Virus record (IMG/VR): IMGVR_UViG_3300031228_000010
Span: 1 to 47,040 of that record
Reading direction: 5' to 3' (one strand)
Source of the DNA: a virus
Lineage: Duplodnaviria; Caudoviricetes
Length of the DNA: 47,040 nucleotides
This document shows, piece by piece, positions 1-8,487 of this stretch (its first letter is position 1; each line of letters begins with the position of its first letter). The notes below the pieces were generated by a model that did no database searches, had not been told where the DNA came from, and saw only the letters and a list, made by a program, of their open reading frames with translations. Made by a program: the position numbers and the translations under genes.

Positions 1-1
1 G

Positions 2-127
2 AAGATGCTGGGCCGCAGGGCGACCGGCGTGGAGATCGAGGAACGCTACTGCGAGATAGCCGCCCGGCGTCTGGCGCAGGACGTCCTGCCGTTCGGGGAA
101 GCGCTATCTGCTGGGGGTGGGCAGTGA
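2..127 (+). CDS. DNA methyltransferase, C-terminal fragment (N6/N4-type), truncated by window edge
   Basis: Frame 2 reads [31 protein letters not shown]..., the typical C-terminus of N6_N4 MTases; stop TGA at 125-127. Confidence 0.7.
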   Translation, partial: KMLGRRATGVEIEERYCEIAARRLAQDVLPFGEALSAGGGQ

Positions 128-273
128 CCGCCGTCGAGTGCTTCCACTGCGGACGCCCCGCCCCCGTCGACCCCATAGGACGCATCGCCTGCACCTGCCA
201 GATCAGGGATGGGCAAGAGGCCAAACGACTCAGGAGGAGGGGACGTGCGAGAGCGAAGCGCCGCGATCACTGA
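124..273 (+). CDS. small Cys-rich (zinc-finger-like) protein, 49 aa
   Basis: GTGA overlap with upstream stop; [25 protein letters not shown]...; not in ORF track; overlaps next gene. Confidence 0.4.
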   Translation: MTAVECFHCGRPAPVDPIGRIACTCQIRDGQEAKRLRRRGRARAKRRDH

Positions 274-1114
274 GCCCGGCTTCCACGACGTACCCGAGCA
301 CGAGTACCACGCCGACCCCGTTGAGGGTGGGTCGCTGTCATCGACTGGCGCACGGATGCTGCTCCGGTGCCCCGCGCTGTACCGGTACCGCATGGACAAC
401 CCGGAGCGGAGGTCGGAGTTCGACTTCGGGTCGGCCGCACACAAGCTGGTGCTCGACGACGGCCCCGACATCGCCGTGCTCGACTACGACGACTGGCGCA
501 CCAAGGCGGCCCGCGAGGCACGCGACAACGCCAGGAGTTGGGGGCAGATCCCGCTCCTGCGTGATGACTACAAGCGTGTCTGCGACATGGCCGGGGAGCT
601 GGCTGCCCACCCAGAGGCATCCGATCTGCTCACTCCCCGCTCGGGCAAGGCAGAGCAGACGATCGTGTGGCGCGGCTCCCAGGGGATGTGGTTGCGCGCC
701 CGCCTCGACTGGACCCGGGACGACGGCACCATCGTGGACTACAAGACCACACACAACGCATCCCCTGGCGCGATCGCGAAGAGCGTCTACGACTACGGCT
801 ACCACCAGCAGGAGCACTGGTACACGACCGGTGCCATGGAGGTGTCCGCCGCGTACTTCACCTTCCGATTCGTCTTCCAGGAGAAAACACCCCCCTACCT
901 GGTGACCGTGGTCAACCTCGACTCCGACGCCGTGACGTGGGGCGGGGTGTTGAACCGGAAAGCCATCGACGTCTACCAGCGCTGCCAGATCACCGGGGCG
1001 TGGCCGGGCTACGCGGACAAGACCGTCACCCTCTCGCTGCCCGGCTATGCGCTCGCCAACTACGAGCGCGCCGATGAGCGCGGCGACTTCTACGTCAGCG
1101 AGGTTCCATTTTGA
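245..1114 (+). CDS. RecE/exonuclease VIII-like PD-(D/E)XK nuclease
   Basis: EYHADP..LSSTGAR, FDFGSAAHKLVL, RARLDW...IVDYKT, YGYHQQ motifs; AGGAGG RBS before GTG 245; adjacent SSAP. Confidence 0.85.
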   Translation: MRERSAAITEPGFHDVPEHEYHADPVEGGSLSSTGARMLLRCPALYRYRMDNPERRSEFDFGSAAHKLVLDDGPDIAVLDYDDWRTKAAREARDNARSWGQIPLLRDDYKRVCDMAGELAAHPEASDLLTPRSGKAEQTIVWRGSQGMWLRARLDWTRDDGTIVDYKTTHNASPGAIAKSVYDYGYHQQEHWYTTGAMEVSAAYFTFRFVFQEKTPPYLVTVVNLDSDAVTWGGVLNRKAIDVYQRCQITGAWPGYADKTVTLSLPGYALANYERADERGDFYVSEVPF

Positions 1115-1653
1115 CATTCCAGCTGGGCGACTACATCGACGTCGCCGAACGCATCTCGGAGTTCCGGGCGAAGCACCCGGAGGGCAGCTTGCAACCCGCC
1201 ATTGTGGAGCGTCCGTACACCATCGAGTCGGTGGGGGAGGCGACGTTCATCGTGTACGTCGCCGCGGCCTACCGCACGCCGGACGACAAGCTCCCCGGCA
1301 TCGGAGCGGCGTGGGAGCCATTCCCCGGAAAGACCACGTTCACCCGTGGTTCGGAGTTGCAGAACGCCGAGACGTCCGCTTGGGGGCGGGCGATCGTCGC
1401 CGCGCTCGCCGGCGACACGAAGCGCGCCGTGGCCTCAACGCAGGAGGTCGCTAGCCGAGCCGAAGAAGCTGAGAAGGACAAGGAACTGGAAGAGGCCAAG
1501 AGCAGGGTGTGGGAGCTGGCCAAGAAAGCTGGGTGGTCCGTGACCGACCTGGGGGGCCACTACGTCCAGCACACCCAGGGCAAGGCGATCTCGAACGCCA
1601 CGGCCGCCGAGTTGCACGCCTACGCGAACAAGCTTGAGGCGGAGGCGGCGTGA
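1111..1653 (+). CDS. single-strand annealing protein, Rad52/Sak-like
   Basis: YIDVAERI and ELQNAETSAWGRA motifs; follows exonuclease. Confidence 0.6.
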   Translation: MTFQLGDYIDVAERISEFRAKHPEGSLQPAIVERPYTIESVGEATFIVYVAAAYRTPDDKLPGIGAAWEPFPGKTTFTRGSELQNAETSAWGRAIVAALAGDTKRAVASTQEVASRAEEAEKDKELEEAKSRVWELAKKAGWSVTDLGGHYVQHTQGKAISNATAAELHAYANKLEAEAA

Positions 1654-2120
1654 AAGCCCAGGAGGTCAGCCCCGCGGTTCGGGAGATCGTGCACACCCGC
1701 AGCGGTTGGGTGTGTGAGATCTGCGGCCAGCGGAGGGTGGAGGAGATCCACCACCGCCTAGGACGGCAGATGGGCGGCAGTAGGGAGCCGTGGATCAACC
1801 TCGCCGGCAACCTGCTCGATCTCTGTCTGATCTGCCACCGCATGGTCACCGTCGTCCCCAAAGCGGGGAAGACCGACGCGTACCGAGCTCGGGGATGGCT
1901 GGTCAAGCGCGGCGTGGTCCCACCGTCCGCGCATCCGGTGTACCTGTGGCACGGCTACAGGCTGTCGTGGTGGCTGCTCGACGACGAGGGCGGACTGGCG
2001 CGGCCAACACCGGGCGAGCGGATCGAACTGTCGATGGCCGCCTCATTTGGTGTGCCGCTCGACGACGAATCAGATCGATTTCACGACCGCATGGTTGATC
2101 AGGAGATGGAGGACAGATGA
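1650..2120 (+). CDS. HNH endonuclease
   Basis: CEICG...EIHHR...NLLDLCLICH. Confidence 0.8.
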   Translation: MKAQEVSPAVREIVHTRSGWVCEICGQRRVEEIHHRLGRQMGGSREPWINLAGNLLDLCLICHRMVTVVPKAGKTDAYRARGWLVKRGVVPPSAHPVYLWHGYRLSWWLLDDEGGLARPTPGERIELSMAASFGVPLDDESDRFHDRMVDQEMEDR

Positions 2121-2479
2121 GCAAGGATGAGCGCGACATCGTGGGCTACTGCCCAATGGGATGCGGCAGGACGCTGTTCCGCGCACTCGGCGGGCACATC
2201 ACCTGCTCGCTCATCGGATGTCCCGACCCGGCGGCCGTCGACAAGCTGCTCGACGATCCCGAGACCGAGCACGTGGTCGAGTTCCGCGAGAGCGACTTCA
2301 CCGTGCGGCATCCGCTCCGTGAGCGCATCGACGGCGACCTGTTCGACTGCCAACTCCACGCCGACATCGTCGCCTTGTCGGGGCCACCAGTGCGGCCAGG
2401 CCGGTACCGGGCGTGTTCGAGCGCCTTCGGCTGGACATGGCAACCGCTCAACGGGGAGGACAGCGATGGACGCGCGTGA
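2117..2479 (+). CDS. hypothetical phage protein, Cys-rich N-terminus
   Basis: ATGA coupling; GYCPMGCG...CSLIGC. Confidence 0.65.
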   Translation: MSKDERDIVGYCPMGCGRTLFRALGGHITCSLIGCPDPAAVDKLLDDPETEHVVEFRESDFTVRHPLRERIDGDLFDCQLHADIVALSGPPVRPGRYRACSSAFGWTWQPLNGEDSDGRA

Positions 2480-2601
2480 GGTAGTCGATGCGTATGCCGC
2501 CGAGACGATGGACCTGTACGGCCGGGGCCAGTACGGCCGGGAAAGCCTCGTTCCGCTGGCCTTCGACGCGCTGCGGGCGGTGCTGGCGCTGCATCAGCCG
2601 C
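2455..2601 (+). repeat. 147-bp direct repeat, copy 1 (copy 2 at 46894-47040)
   Basis: Identical apart from one base (GCGCGT vs GCACGT); offset 44439 bp. Confidence 0.95.
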
Positions 2602-2765
2602 GCGAGTACGTCATCCCCGGCGTCTGGCAGTGCGGCCACTGCGACGACCTGTGCCACTCGTACAGCGGCGTGCAGTGCGAGGCACCGGACGCTCCCTGGC
2701 CGTGCCCCACCGTCCGCGCCATCTCCGACGCCCTCGCAGGGGAGGTGCGGGATGGACGCGAGTGA
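2466..2765 (+). CDS. hypothetical phage protein (CxxC...WPCPT)
   Basis: GGAGG RBS, ATG 2466; LALHQP...CGHC...PWPCPT. Confidence 0.7.
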   Translation: MDAREVVDAYAAETMDLYGRGQYGRESLVPLAFDALRAVLALHQPREYVIPGVWQCGHCDDLCHSYSGVQCEAPDAPWPCPTVRAISDALAGEVRDGRE

Positions 2766-2928
2766 ATTCACCGACGAGGAGATCCGCCGCGTTGAGGTCG
2801 AGCTGTTCGAGGCGCACATCGTTCACCGTATCCCCGCACGCGGTCCGGCTAGGGCGGTGCTCCGCCACCGTCGGACGTACCCGTACAGCCAAGCTACCCC
2901 GTCCAAGCCGGACCCGGACGGGAGGTGA
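2752..2928 (+). CDS. hypothetical protein
   Basis: GGAGG RBS, ATG 2752; fills the operon gap. Confidence 0.45.
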   Translation: MDASEFTDEEIRRVEVELFEAHIVHRIPARGPARAVLRHRRTYPYSQATPSKPDPDGR

Positions 2929-2932
2929 CCCA

Positions 2933-3175
2933 GTGGCGAGAGCTGCAACCGACTGGCACGAGCGCGGCTCTTGTCACGGCCACCCCAACCCCGAGCTATG
3001 GTTCCCCACCCACGGCCAGTTCCGGGACGGCAACCAGGGCAAGGAGATCTGCCGGGGCTGCCCCGTGCGGACACAGTGCCTGGACTACGCCCAGGCGAAC
3101 CCCGGCCTCGTCGGGATATGGGGCGGCACCACGGACACGGAGAGACGAGAGATGAGGGGGCGCAGCAGACAGTGA
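2933..3175 (+). CDS. whiB: WhiB family transcription factor
   Basis: DW...C...PELWFP...KEICRGCPVRTQCLDYA...GIWGG. Confidence 0.93.
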   Translation: MARAATDWHERGSCHGHPNPELWFPTHGQFRDGNQGKEICRGCPVRTQCLDYAQANPGLVGIWGGTTDTERREMRGRSRQ

Positions 3176-3987
3176 GCGAGTACTGGGTGAAGTTGGCTGT
3201 GCGCTACTACGCCGACCATGCCGTCGAGACCCTGCCGGACGCAGACACGGAGCTGATGTTCGTGCGCGGATTGGCGCGTGCCGGTGAGCTTGGGCGCGCG
3301 GGCTTTATCCCCGAGTCGAGCTTGCCGCAGCTGAGCCGGAAGCGACGGTACGCCGCCACTGCCGAGACGCTGGTGACAGCAGGTCTATGGACCAAGGTGG
3401 ACGGTGGATACCAGGTCACCAACTGGGATCACTGGCAAGACGGCATGGACACATTGACGAAGAGGCGCGAGGCGGACCGGGCTCGGAAGCGGGCAAGTAG
3501 AGCCGCGAAACGCGAGGCATTTGTCCGAGGACAGTCCGCAGACATGTCGGCGGATGTCACGCCAACAGAGAGAGAGAAAGAACAAGAGAGATCTACTAAC
3601 GTAGATCTCAGAGCGTCGCGCGCACCCGCGCGAGTGACCGCATCCGGCCTCAACGGCACAGCACGCTCAGTGCACGCCGAGAAGCTGGTGCAGGAATACG
3701 CCGACGACTGCGACCCCAAGCCCACACGCAAGGTCCGTACCCAACTCGCCCGCGAAGTCGATGCACTGCTGCGCGAACAGTGGGACGACCAGCGCATCAC
3801 CGCTGCCCTCACTGAGATCGGCCGGCGTGGCCTCGGCCCGTCGCTGCTTCAGAACGTCGCATTCGAGATGCACACCCGCAGCAACGGTTCCCGCGCGTCG
3901 CCACGGTCCACATCCGACGAGCGCGCCGCCGCAGCCCAATCCCTCAAGCAACAGTTCGCCCAACTCCCACCGGGAGGCACCACGTGA
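3172..3987 (+). CDS. replication initiator (lambda O-like layout)
   Basis: WVKL...L.AGLW...YQVTNWDHWQ...R.RKR then AG-rich linker; followed by a loader-like gene. Confidence 0.65.
   Translation: MSEYWVKLAVRYYADHAVETLPDADTELMFVRGLARAGELGRAGFIPESSLPQLSRKRRYAATAETLVTAGLWTKVDGGYQVTNWDHWQDGMDTLTKRREADRARKRASRAAKREAFVRGQSADMSADVTPTEREKEQERSTNVDLRASRAPARVTASGLNGTARSVHAEKLVQEYADDCDPKPTRKVRTQLAREVDALLREQWDDQRITAALTEIGRRGLGPSLLQNVAFEMHTRSNGSRASPRSTSDERAAAAQSLKQQFAQLPPGGTT
3522..3609. promoter_or_regulatory. candidate replication origin inside the initiator gene
   Basis: GTC..GAC repeats 3522-3558, AG tract 3567-3590, palindrome GAGATCTAC-TAAC-GTAGATCTC 3588-3609. Confidence 0.45.
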
Positions 3988-4337
3988 GCATGACCACCGA
4001 TGAGGTCATCGACCTGCTGACTGTCCTCGCCACCTACGACCGCCGCACCGTCGGCCGCGCCGACGTGCTCGCCTGGCATGAGTCCGCCAAGCGCGCCGGG
4101 TGGACGTTCGACGAGGCACTAGACGCAGCGCACGACCATCACGCCGAGCGCACCGACTGGTGCAAGCCCGGCCACATCACCGAGCGCATTCGCGCCAGCC
4201 GGAAGTCGGACATGCCGCCGCGATTCGTGCCGCAACTCGACGGCCCGGAAGCCGCTGACGACGAGACCCGTGGCCGATACATGGCAACCATCGCCGACGA
4301 TTTGGCCAAGATTCGGGCGAGACGGAGGACCGCGTGA
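3984..4337 (+). CDS. helicase loader/inhibitor-like protein
   Basis: EVIDLL...YDRRTVGRADVLAW...KPGHI pattern; directly after the initiator. Confidence 0.55.
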   Translation: MSMTTDEVIDLLTVLATYDRRTVGRADVLAWHESAKRAGWTFDEALDAAHDHHAERTDWCKPGHITERIRASRKSDMPPRFVPQLDGPEAADDETRGRYMATIADDLAKIRARRRTA

Positions 4338-4537
4338 CCCTCACCCCCCGCCAACTCGCCGTGCTCCGCCTCGTCGCCGAAGGCAAGACCAACGTCCAGA
4401 TCGCACGGGCACTGCGCGTCGCCCTCGGCACGGTCGAGCAGCACGTGTTCCGCATGCGCGAGCGGATGGGCGCGGTGTCCCGGGCTCACGCCGTGCACCT
4501 CGCATGGCAGCAGTGGTTGCTGGGGGAGGCGTCGTGA
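4334..4537 (+). CDS. LuxR-type helix-turn-helix protein
   Basis: LTPRQLAVLRLVAEGKTNVQIARAL...TVEQHV. Confidence 0.9.
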   Translation: MTLTPRQLAVLRLVAEGKTNVQIARALRVALGTVEQHVFRMRERMGAVSRAHAVHLAWQQWLLGEAS

Positions 4538-4737
4538 ACCGCCACGTCGAAGCCCAACTGGAGTGGCTACAGCAGCGCCACGAAGCCCAGCAGGTCCAGT
4601 GCCCGGAGTGTGACGCCCCCGCCGGCGAGGTGTGCGTGAGTGTCGCGGCTCGGGACGAGGGGCGGGAGCTGGAGCGGCTGCCGTGTCACTGGAAGAGGAT
4701 CCGCGCCGCCGAACAGCAACCGAAGGAGAAGAAGTGA
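4534..4737 (+). CDS. phage zinc-finger protein
   Basis: CPECDAPAGEVC...H..R; GTGA coupling. Confidence 0.7.
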   Translation: MNRHVEAQLEWLQQRHEAQQVQCPECDAPAGEVCVSVAARDEGRELERLPCHWKRIRAAEQQPKEKK

Positions 4738-4985
4738 TCGAGCACCACTACGACTGCGCCGACGCCAACCCCGGGCGCGAGAGGCTGATCGCGTTCGTCC
4801 GCGCCCATGACATCGACCCGAACGACGTCCCCGAGCGTGGCACGGTCACCACCCACCTCGGCAAGGTCACCATCCCGGTGTTCGTGCGCGACGCGGACGG
4901 TCGCTTCCTGGCCGATAAGGAGGCCGTCGTCGGCGTCAAGACGACAACGGTGACGGTTCGGCAAGTCCGCCGGTGGCCGAAGTGA
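4734..4985 (+). CDS. hypothetical protein
   Basis: AAGGAG RBS; GTGA coupling. Confidence 0.6.
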   Translation: MIEHHYDCADANPGRERLIAFVRAHDIDPNDVPERGTVTTHLGKVTIPVFVRDADGRFLADKEAVVGVKTTTVTVRQVRRWPK

Positions 4986-5392
4986 GCATCTTCGCCACGG
5001 CGCTCGACTTCGACGCCGACGACCACGATCCGCAGTGTGCCCGCTGGGTCGAGTGCGACTGCGACTACGAGGGGTTGCATGGTCGGGTGTCGATCGCGCC
5101 GGGCTTCGGCCATTGGCGCTACGACGACGGCGAGCCATGCACCTGCTTCTGCGGCCCGATCAAGTACCAGGGCTCACACGTCTTCCCGAGCGATGATGAC
5201 CCGCGCGGCGGCCAGTTCCACGTGGCGTACATCCCCGGCTACATCCGCCGCGATGGCCGGGACGTCGTGGACGACGACGGGGTGTGGCCGTGGCTCAGGG
5301 TGAGCGTCAACGGCGAGACGGTGATCTTGGGCCGGGAGCAGGTGCGAGCGGTGTACGCCGATCTGCACGAGTGGCTGGAGGCCGCGAAGTGA
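4973..5392 (+). CDS. hypothetical Cys-containing protein
   Basis: ORF track; coupled to neighbours. Confidence 0.6.
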   Translation: MAEVSIFATALDFDADDHDPQCARWVECDCDYEGLHGRVSIAPGFGHWRYDDGEPCTCFCGPIKYQGSHVFPSDDDPRGGQFHVAYIPGYIRRDGRDVVDDDGVWPWLRVSVNGETVILGREQVRAVYADLHEWLEAAK

Positions 5393-5685
5393 TCTCCGAG
5401 GCCGACCTCCTCCAGCGCACCATCGACCTGGCCCGCCTCAACCGCTGGCGTGTGTGCCATCAACGTCCGGCCCGCACCACGCAGGGCTGGCGTACCCCGA
5501 TCACCGGCGATCAGGGCATGCCGGACCTGGTGCTGGCGCGGGATGGGGTGGTGCTGCTCGTGGAGGAGAAGTCAGAGCGGGGTCGTCTCAGGCCGGGGCA
5601 GCGGCTGTGGCTGGACGCATGCGGGGAGCACGGGCGGCTGTGGCGGCCGTCCGATTGGGACACCATTGTGGAGGAGTTGGGATGA
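5389..5685 (+). CDS. VRR-NUC domain nuclease
   Basis: SEADLLQ...GMPDLVLAR...VEEKSERGRLRPGQRLW. Confidence 0.85.
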   Translation: MISEADLLQRTIDLARLNRWRVCHQRPARTTQGWRTPITGDQGMPDLVLARDGVVLLVEEKSERGRLRPGQRLWLDACGEHGRLWRPSDWDTIVEELG

Positions 5686-5981
5686 GTAGGGATGAACTGA
5701 TCGAGCAGGCAGCCCGGACGATGATGCCGGGCGCGTTCCTGCTCGGGCCGATCGACGGCAGCCTGGAAGCGCTGCTTCTGGCCACGCGGCTAGTGGACAA
5801 GGACTGGCGTCCCGTGGTCGAGGATGAGGCGACGGTGGAGCGGGTGGCGCGGGGACTGCACGATTACCTCGCTCCACACCCCGAACTTGGTATCGATGAC
5901 CGCGATGACGGCCGGTGCGTGGCGTGCACACTTATCGCCCGCGCCGCCCTCCGCGCCCTGCGAGGTGAGGCGAGTGAGTGA
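5682..5981 (+). CDS. hypothetical protein
   Basis: ATGA coupling, GGAG RBS. Confidence 0.6.
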   Translation: MSRDELIEQAARTMMPGAFLLGPIDGSLEALLLATRLVDKDWRPVVEDEATVERVARGLHDYLAPHPELGIDDRDDGRCVACTLIARAALRALRGEASE

Positions 5982-6138
5982 GGTCGAGCCCTACTGCAAC
6001 GAGGGCTGCGGCCGCCCGGCCACGGTGGAGGTGCTCGTGTCGCTGCTCGCGGAGCCATTCGGGGGCGACGATTTCACCCCCGTCGAGGAGCTGACCTGCG
6101 TGGAGTGCGCCAAGGAGCGAGGTGAGGGCGATGGCTGA
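5974..6138 (+). CDS. small zinc-binding hypothetical protein
   Basis: CNEGC...CVEC; GAGG RBS. Confidence 0.55.
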   Translation: MSEVEPYCNEGCGRPATVEVLVSLLAEPFGGDDFTPVEELTCVECAKERGEGDG

Positions 6139-6319
6139 CCAGGACATCGAGCGGGTGGTGGACAGCTACGCGTGCCGACCTGAGCCGATCGACGTGGACA
6201 AAATCCTCGCGTCACTGCCTGACGATGTCGACCCCGGTGAGGATCCTTGGGGCGGCGCGTCCTTCGCGTGTTGTGGCGGCCCGGGCTTTCGTTGCGTCTG
6301 CGAGGTGGCCGATGAGTAA
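6131..6319 (+). CDS. hypothetical protein
   Basis: ATG 6131 overlapping previous gene. Confidence 0.5.
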   Translation: MADQDIERVVDSYACRPEPIDVDKILASLPDDVDPGEDPWGGASFACCGGPGFRCVCEVADE

Positions 6320-6476
6320 CGGCCCGTCCCGCAGCCCCGTGGGGCACACCATCCTCACCCCGGCCCGCCCGAACACGCCGGAGGAGACCCGCCAGGCACG
6401 GCTGACGTGCGCGGCCCACTCGGAGACGGCTGACGAGCTGCGGGAGCTGCTGGAGATGTTGGGGCTGGGGGCGTGA
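6312..6476 (+). CDS. hypothetical phage protein
   Basis: Ends ADELRELLEMLGL; GAGG RBS. Confidence 0.6.
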   Translation: MSNGPSRSPVGHTILTPARPNTPEETRQARLTCAAHSETADELRELLEMLGLGA

Positions 6477-6633
6477 TGTACGGCATCCATTTCAACGTCG
6501 CGGATTGGACGGGTCGTGCGACCGGCAGACCGGCAGTGACGTGGTGTTCTGGTGTTCGTGGGATCACCATCGGGAGTGGCACGCCAACGAGGCACGGAAA
6601 CGACGCGACGAGGATTTGGGAGGTGCGGCATGA
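6476..6633 (+). pseudogene. small gene apparently frameshifted by an 8-bp tandem duplication
   Basis: ACCGGCAG twice at 6521-6536; removing one copy gives a 49-aa ORF coupled at both ends. Confidence 0.5.
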
Positions 6634-6866
6634 CCGACATTGTGAGCTTGGCGAAGGCGATATGGCGCGCGTACTGGGAGGAGCTACCAAGGCGGCTGGA
6701 CATTGGCCTGAACCGGTGGCTGCTGCGGTTCCATGAACCGACGGAGAACCTGGACGGCGACGTGTTCTGTAGCGGCTGCTCTAACGGCTGGACCGGGAAG
6801 CTGGTGCCGGGGCCGTGTCAGGAGTGGGTTGAGGCCAATGAACGTCTCAGGGAGTTGCAGGCATGA
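6630..6866 (+). CDS. hypothetical protein
   Basis: GGAGG RBS, ATG 6630. Confidence 0.6.
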   Translation: MTDIVSLAKAIWRAYWEELPRRLDIGLNRWLLRFHEPTENLDGDVFCSGCSNGWTGKLVPGPCQEWVEANERLRELQA

Positions 6867-7102
6867 TCTACACCGAAGCAACGAAGCACGAATACCAGGC
6901 CCCACCGTGCCCGCTGTGCGGCGGGACGTCCACGGTCGACTGGGTGGACATCACCGAGATAAGCGAGGAGCCGGGGTCGCGGTTCGTTCCCGGCTACCTG
7001 GAGTGCGACGGCAGGTGCTCCCGTCGCCTAAGCAAAGAGGAGCGCGGCGAGCTGCTTCTCGCGCAGCAACTCCGCGGCGAACACCTCCAGTGGAGGTTCT
7101 GA
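6863..7102 (+). CDS. hypothetical zinc-ribbon protein
   Basis: CPLCG...C...C; ATGA coupling. Confidence 0.6.
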   Translation: MIYTEATKHEYQAPPCPLCGGTSTVDWVDITEISEEPGSRFVPGYLECDGRCSRRLSKEERGELLLAQQLRGEHLQWRF

Positions 7103-7470
7103 TGACCGACATCGTGGAGTTTCTGCGGGCTCGCCTCGATGAGGCTGAACGGCTGGCGCGGGCGGCAGCAGAAGAGTCCGACGCGGAGTGGTACACGGGC
7201 GACGGCGTTGTGAGCAATGCCGTGGGCTGGGACATGCGCCTATTCGTCGCCGCGAACGACCCCGCCTACGTCCTGGCCGACGTCGAGGCCAAGCGGCGCA
7301 TCGTGGAGGAGCACGTGTGCCCCTGCCCGGACGATTGTGGTGACTGTGGCGCGTGCAGTGGCGACCATCATGCTGACCCGACGCCAGCCCCCTGCACCAC
7401 CCTCCGCCTCCTCGCCCTGCCCTACGCCGGGCATCCGGAGTGGCAGGAGGAGTGGGGACTCGATGGCTGA
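7102..7470 (+). CDS. conserved actinophage protein (DUF6221-like)
   Basis: EFLRARLDE...VLADVEAKRRIV...TLRLLALPYAGHP. Confidence 0.75.
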   Translation: MTDIVEFLRARLDEAERLARAAAEESDAEWYTGDGVVSNAVGWDMRLFVAANDPAYVLADVEAKRRIVEEHVCPCPDDCGDCGACSGDHHADPTPAPCTTLRLLALPYAGHPEWQEEWGLDG

Positions 7471-7762
7471 CAAGATGACATGCCCAGCGTGCGAGTCGCA
7501 CACGTCGAGCATCCTGGCCGCCTTCAACAACGACCTGCCGTGCCCGGTGTGCCGACTGCCCGCCGACGCCGCGCGGGCCGTGATCGAGGCGGAGGAACGC
7601 CACGTCAGCGAGGAGTTACAGCAGCGCTACATCGAAGCCGAGCAACGCGCCACCAAGGCGGAGCGCGAAGCAAGGGTGCTACGGAACAGGCTGGCCGCAC
7701 TCCGCGCCGTCCTCGATGAGTCGGACGACGCTTTCGATCCTGGCGGATGGGACAGCCCGTGA
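7463..7762 (+). CDS. hypothetical zinc-ribbon plus coiled-coil protein
   Basis: CPAC...CPVC then a helical tail. Confidence 0.65.
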   Translation: MADKMTCPACESHTSSILAAFNNDLPCPVCRLPADAARAVIEAEERHVSEELQQRYIEAEQRATKAEREARVLRNRLAALRAVLDESDDAFDPGGWDSP

Positions 7763-8487
7763 CCGACTGCGTGATCTGCTCCACCGACCAGCGTCACGTT
7801 CAGGCGCAGGAGCCGGGCCTGGTGTGCTTCAAGGACTCCAACCGCATCTTGCGGTGGCTGAGGGAGTTGGAGGAGTGGGTACCAGTGCTGCCGACGCTGA
7901 AGATGGCGACCGGTATCCGGGAGTACCAGCGTCCACAGTTCGGCTCTAGGTCGCCAGCGAACGACGCCGCCCTGGTGCACGCCGACCACCGCAGCGCGCT
8001 CCACGCCTACGAGCTGCGCGACGGTGAGCGGGTATCCGTCCTGACATGCGGGTGCCCGGCGTTCAGCGGATGCGAGCACCGACAAGAACTCGGCGCGGTG
8101 GCCGTGGTCGCGTCATGGGCGGCAGCCGTCCGCGAAGAGCTGGACATGCCGCCCGGACGCCCGGATGCCTTCAGCGACGACGTGACACTTCTGCGACGGC
8201 AACACCACTGGATCACGCAGCAACCCTGGGTGGATGAGTACGCCAAGGAGCTGCGGGATGCCGACCATGCCGTGCGGGCCATCGTTGGAGATCCGGTGCC
8301 CCGATCTCAGGGCAAGTGCATCCGCTGGAAGCGCGATAAGGAGTGCAAGGGCGACGTGTACGAGTTCGTCAACGTCGTCAGCGTCGAACCTCGCCGTGTC
8401 GAATCCGGAGCGAAGTGCAGCAAGTGTGGAGAGATATACAATGGGCTCGACCTTGAGCGGTTCCGAGTCGCCCAGGAGGCAGGATGA
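7759..8487 (+). CDS. Cys-rich protein, possible late-gene regulator
   Basis: Several CxxC pairs; sits at the end of the early region before the candidate late promoter. Confidence 0.6.
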   Translation: MTDCVICSTDQRHVQAQEPGLVCFKDSNRILRWLRELEEWVPVLPTLKMATGIREYQRPQFGSRSPANDAALVHADHRSALHAYELRDGERVSVLTCGCPAFSGCEHRQELGAVAVVASWAAAVREELDMPPGRPDAFSDDVTLLRRQHHWITQQPWVDEYAKELRDADHAVRAIVGDPVPRSQGKCIRWKRDKECKGDVYEFVNVVSVEPRRVESGAKCSKCGEIYNGLDLERFRVAQEAG

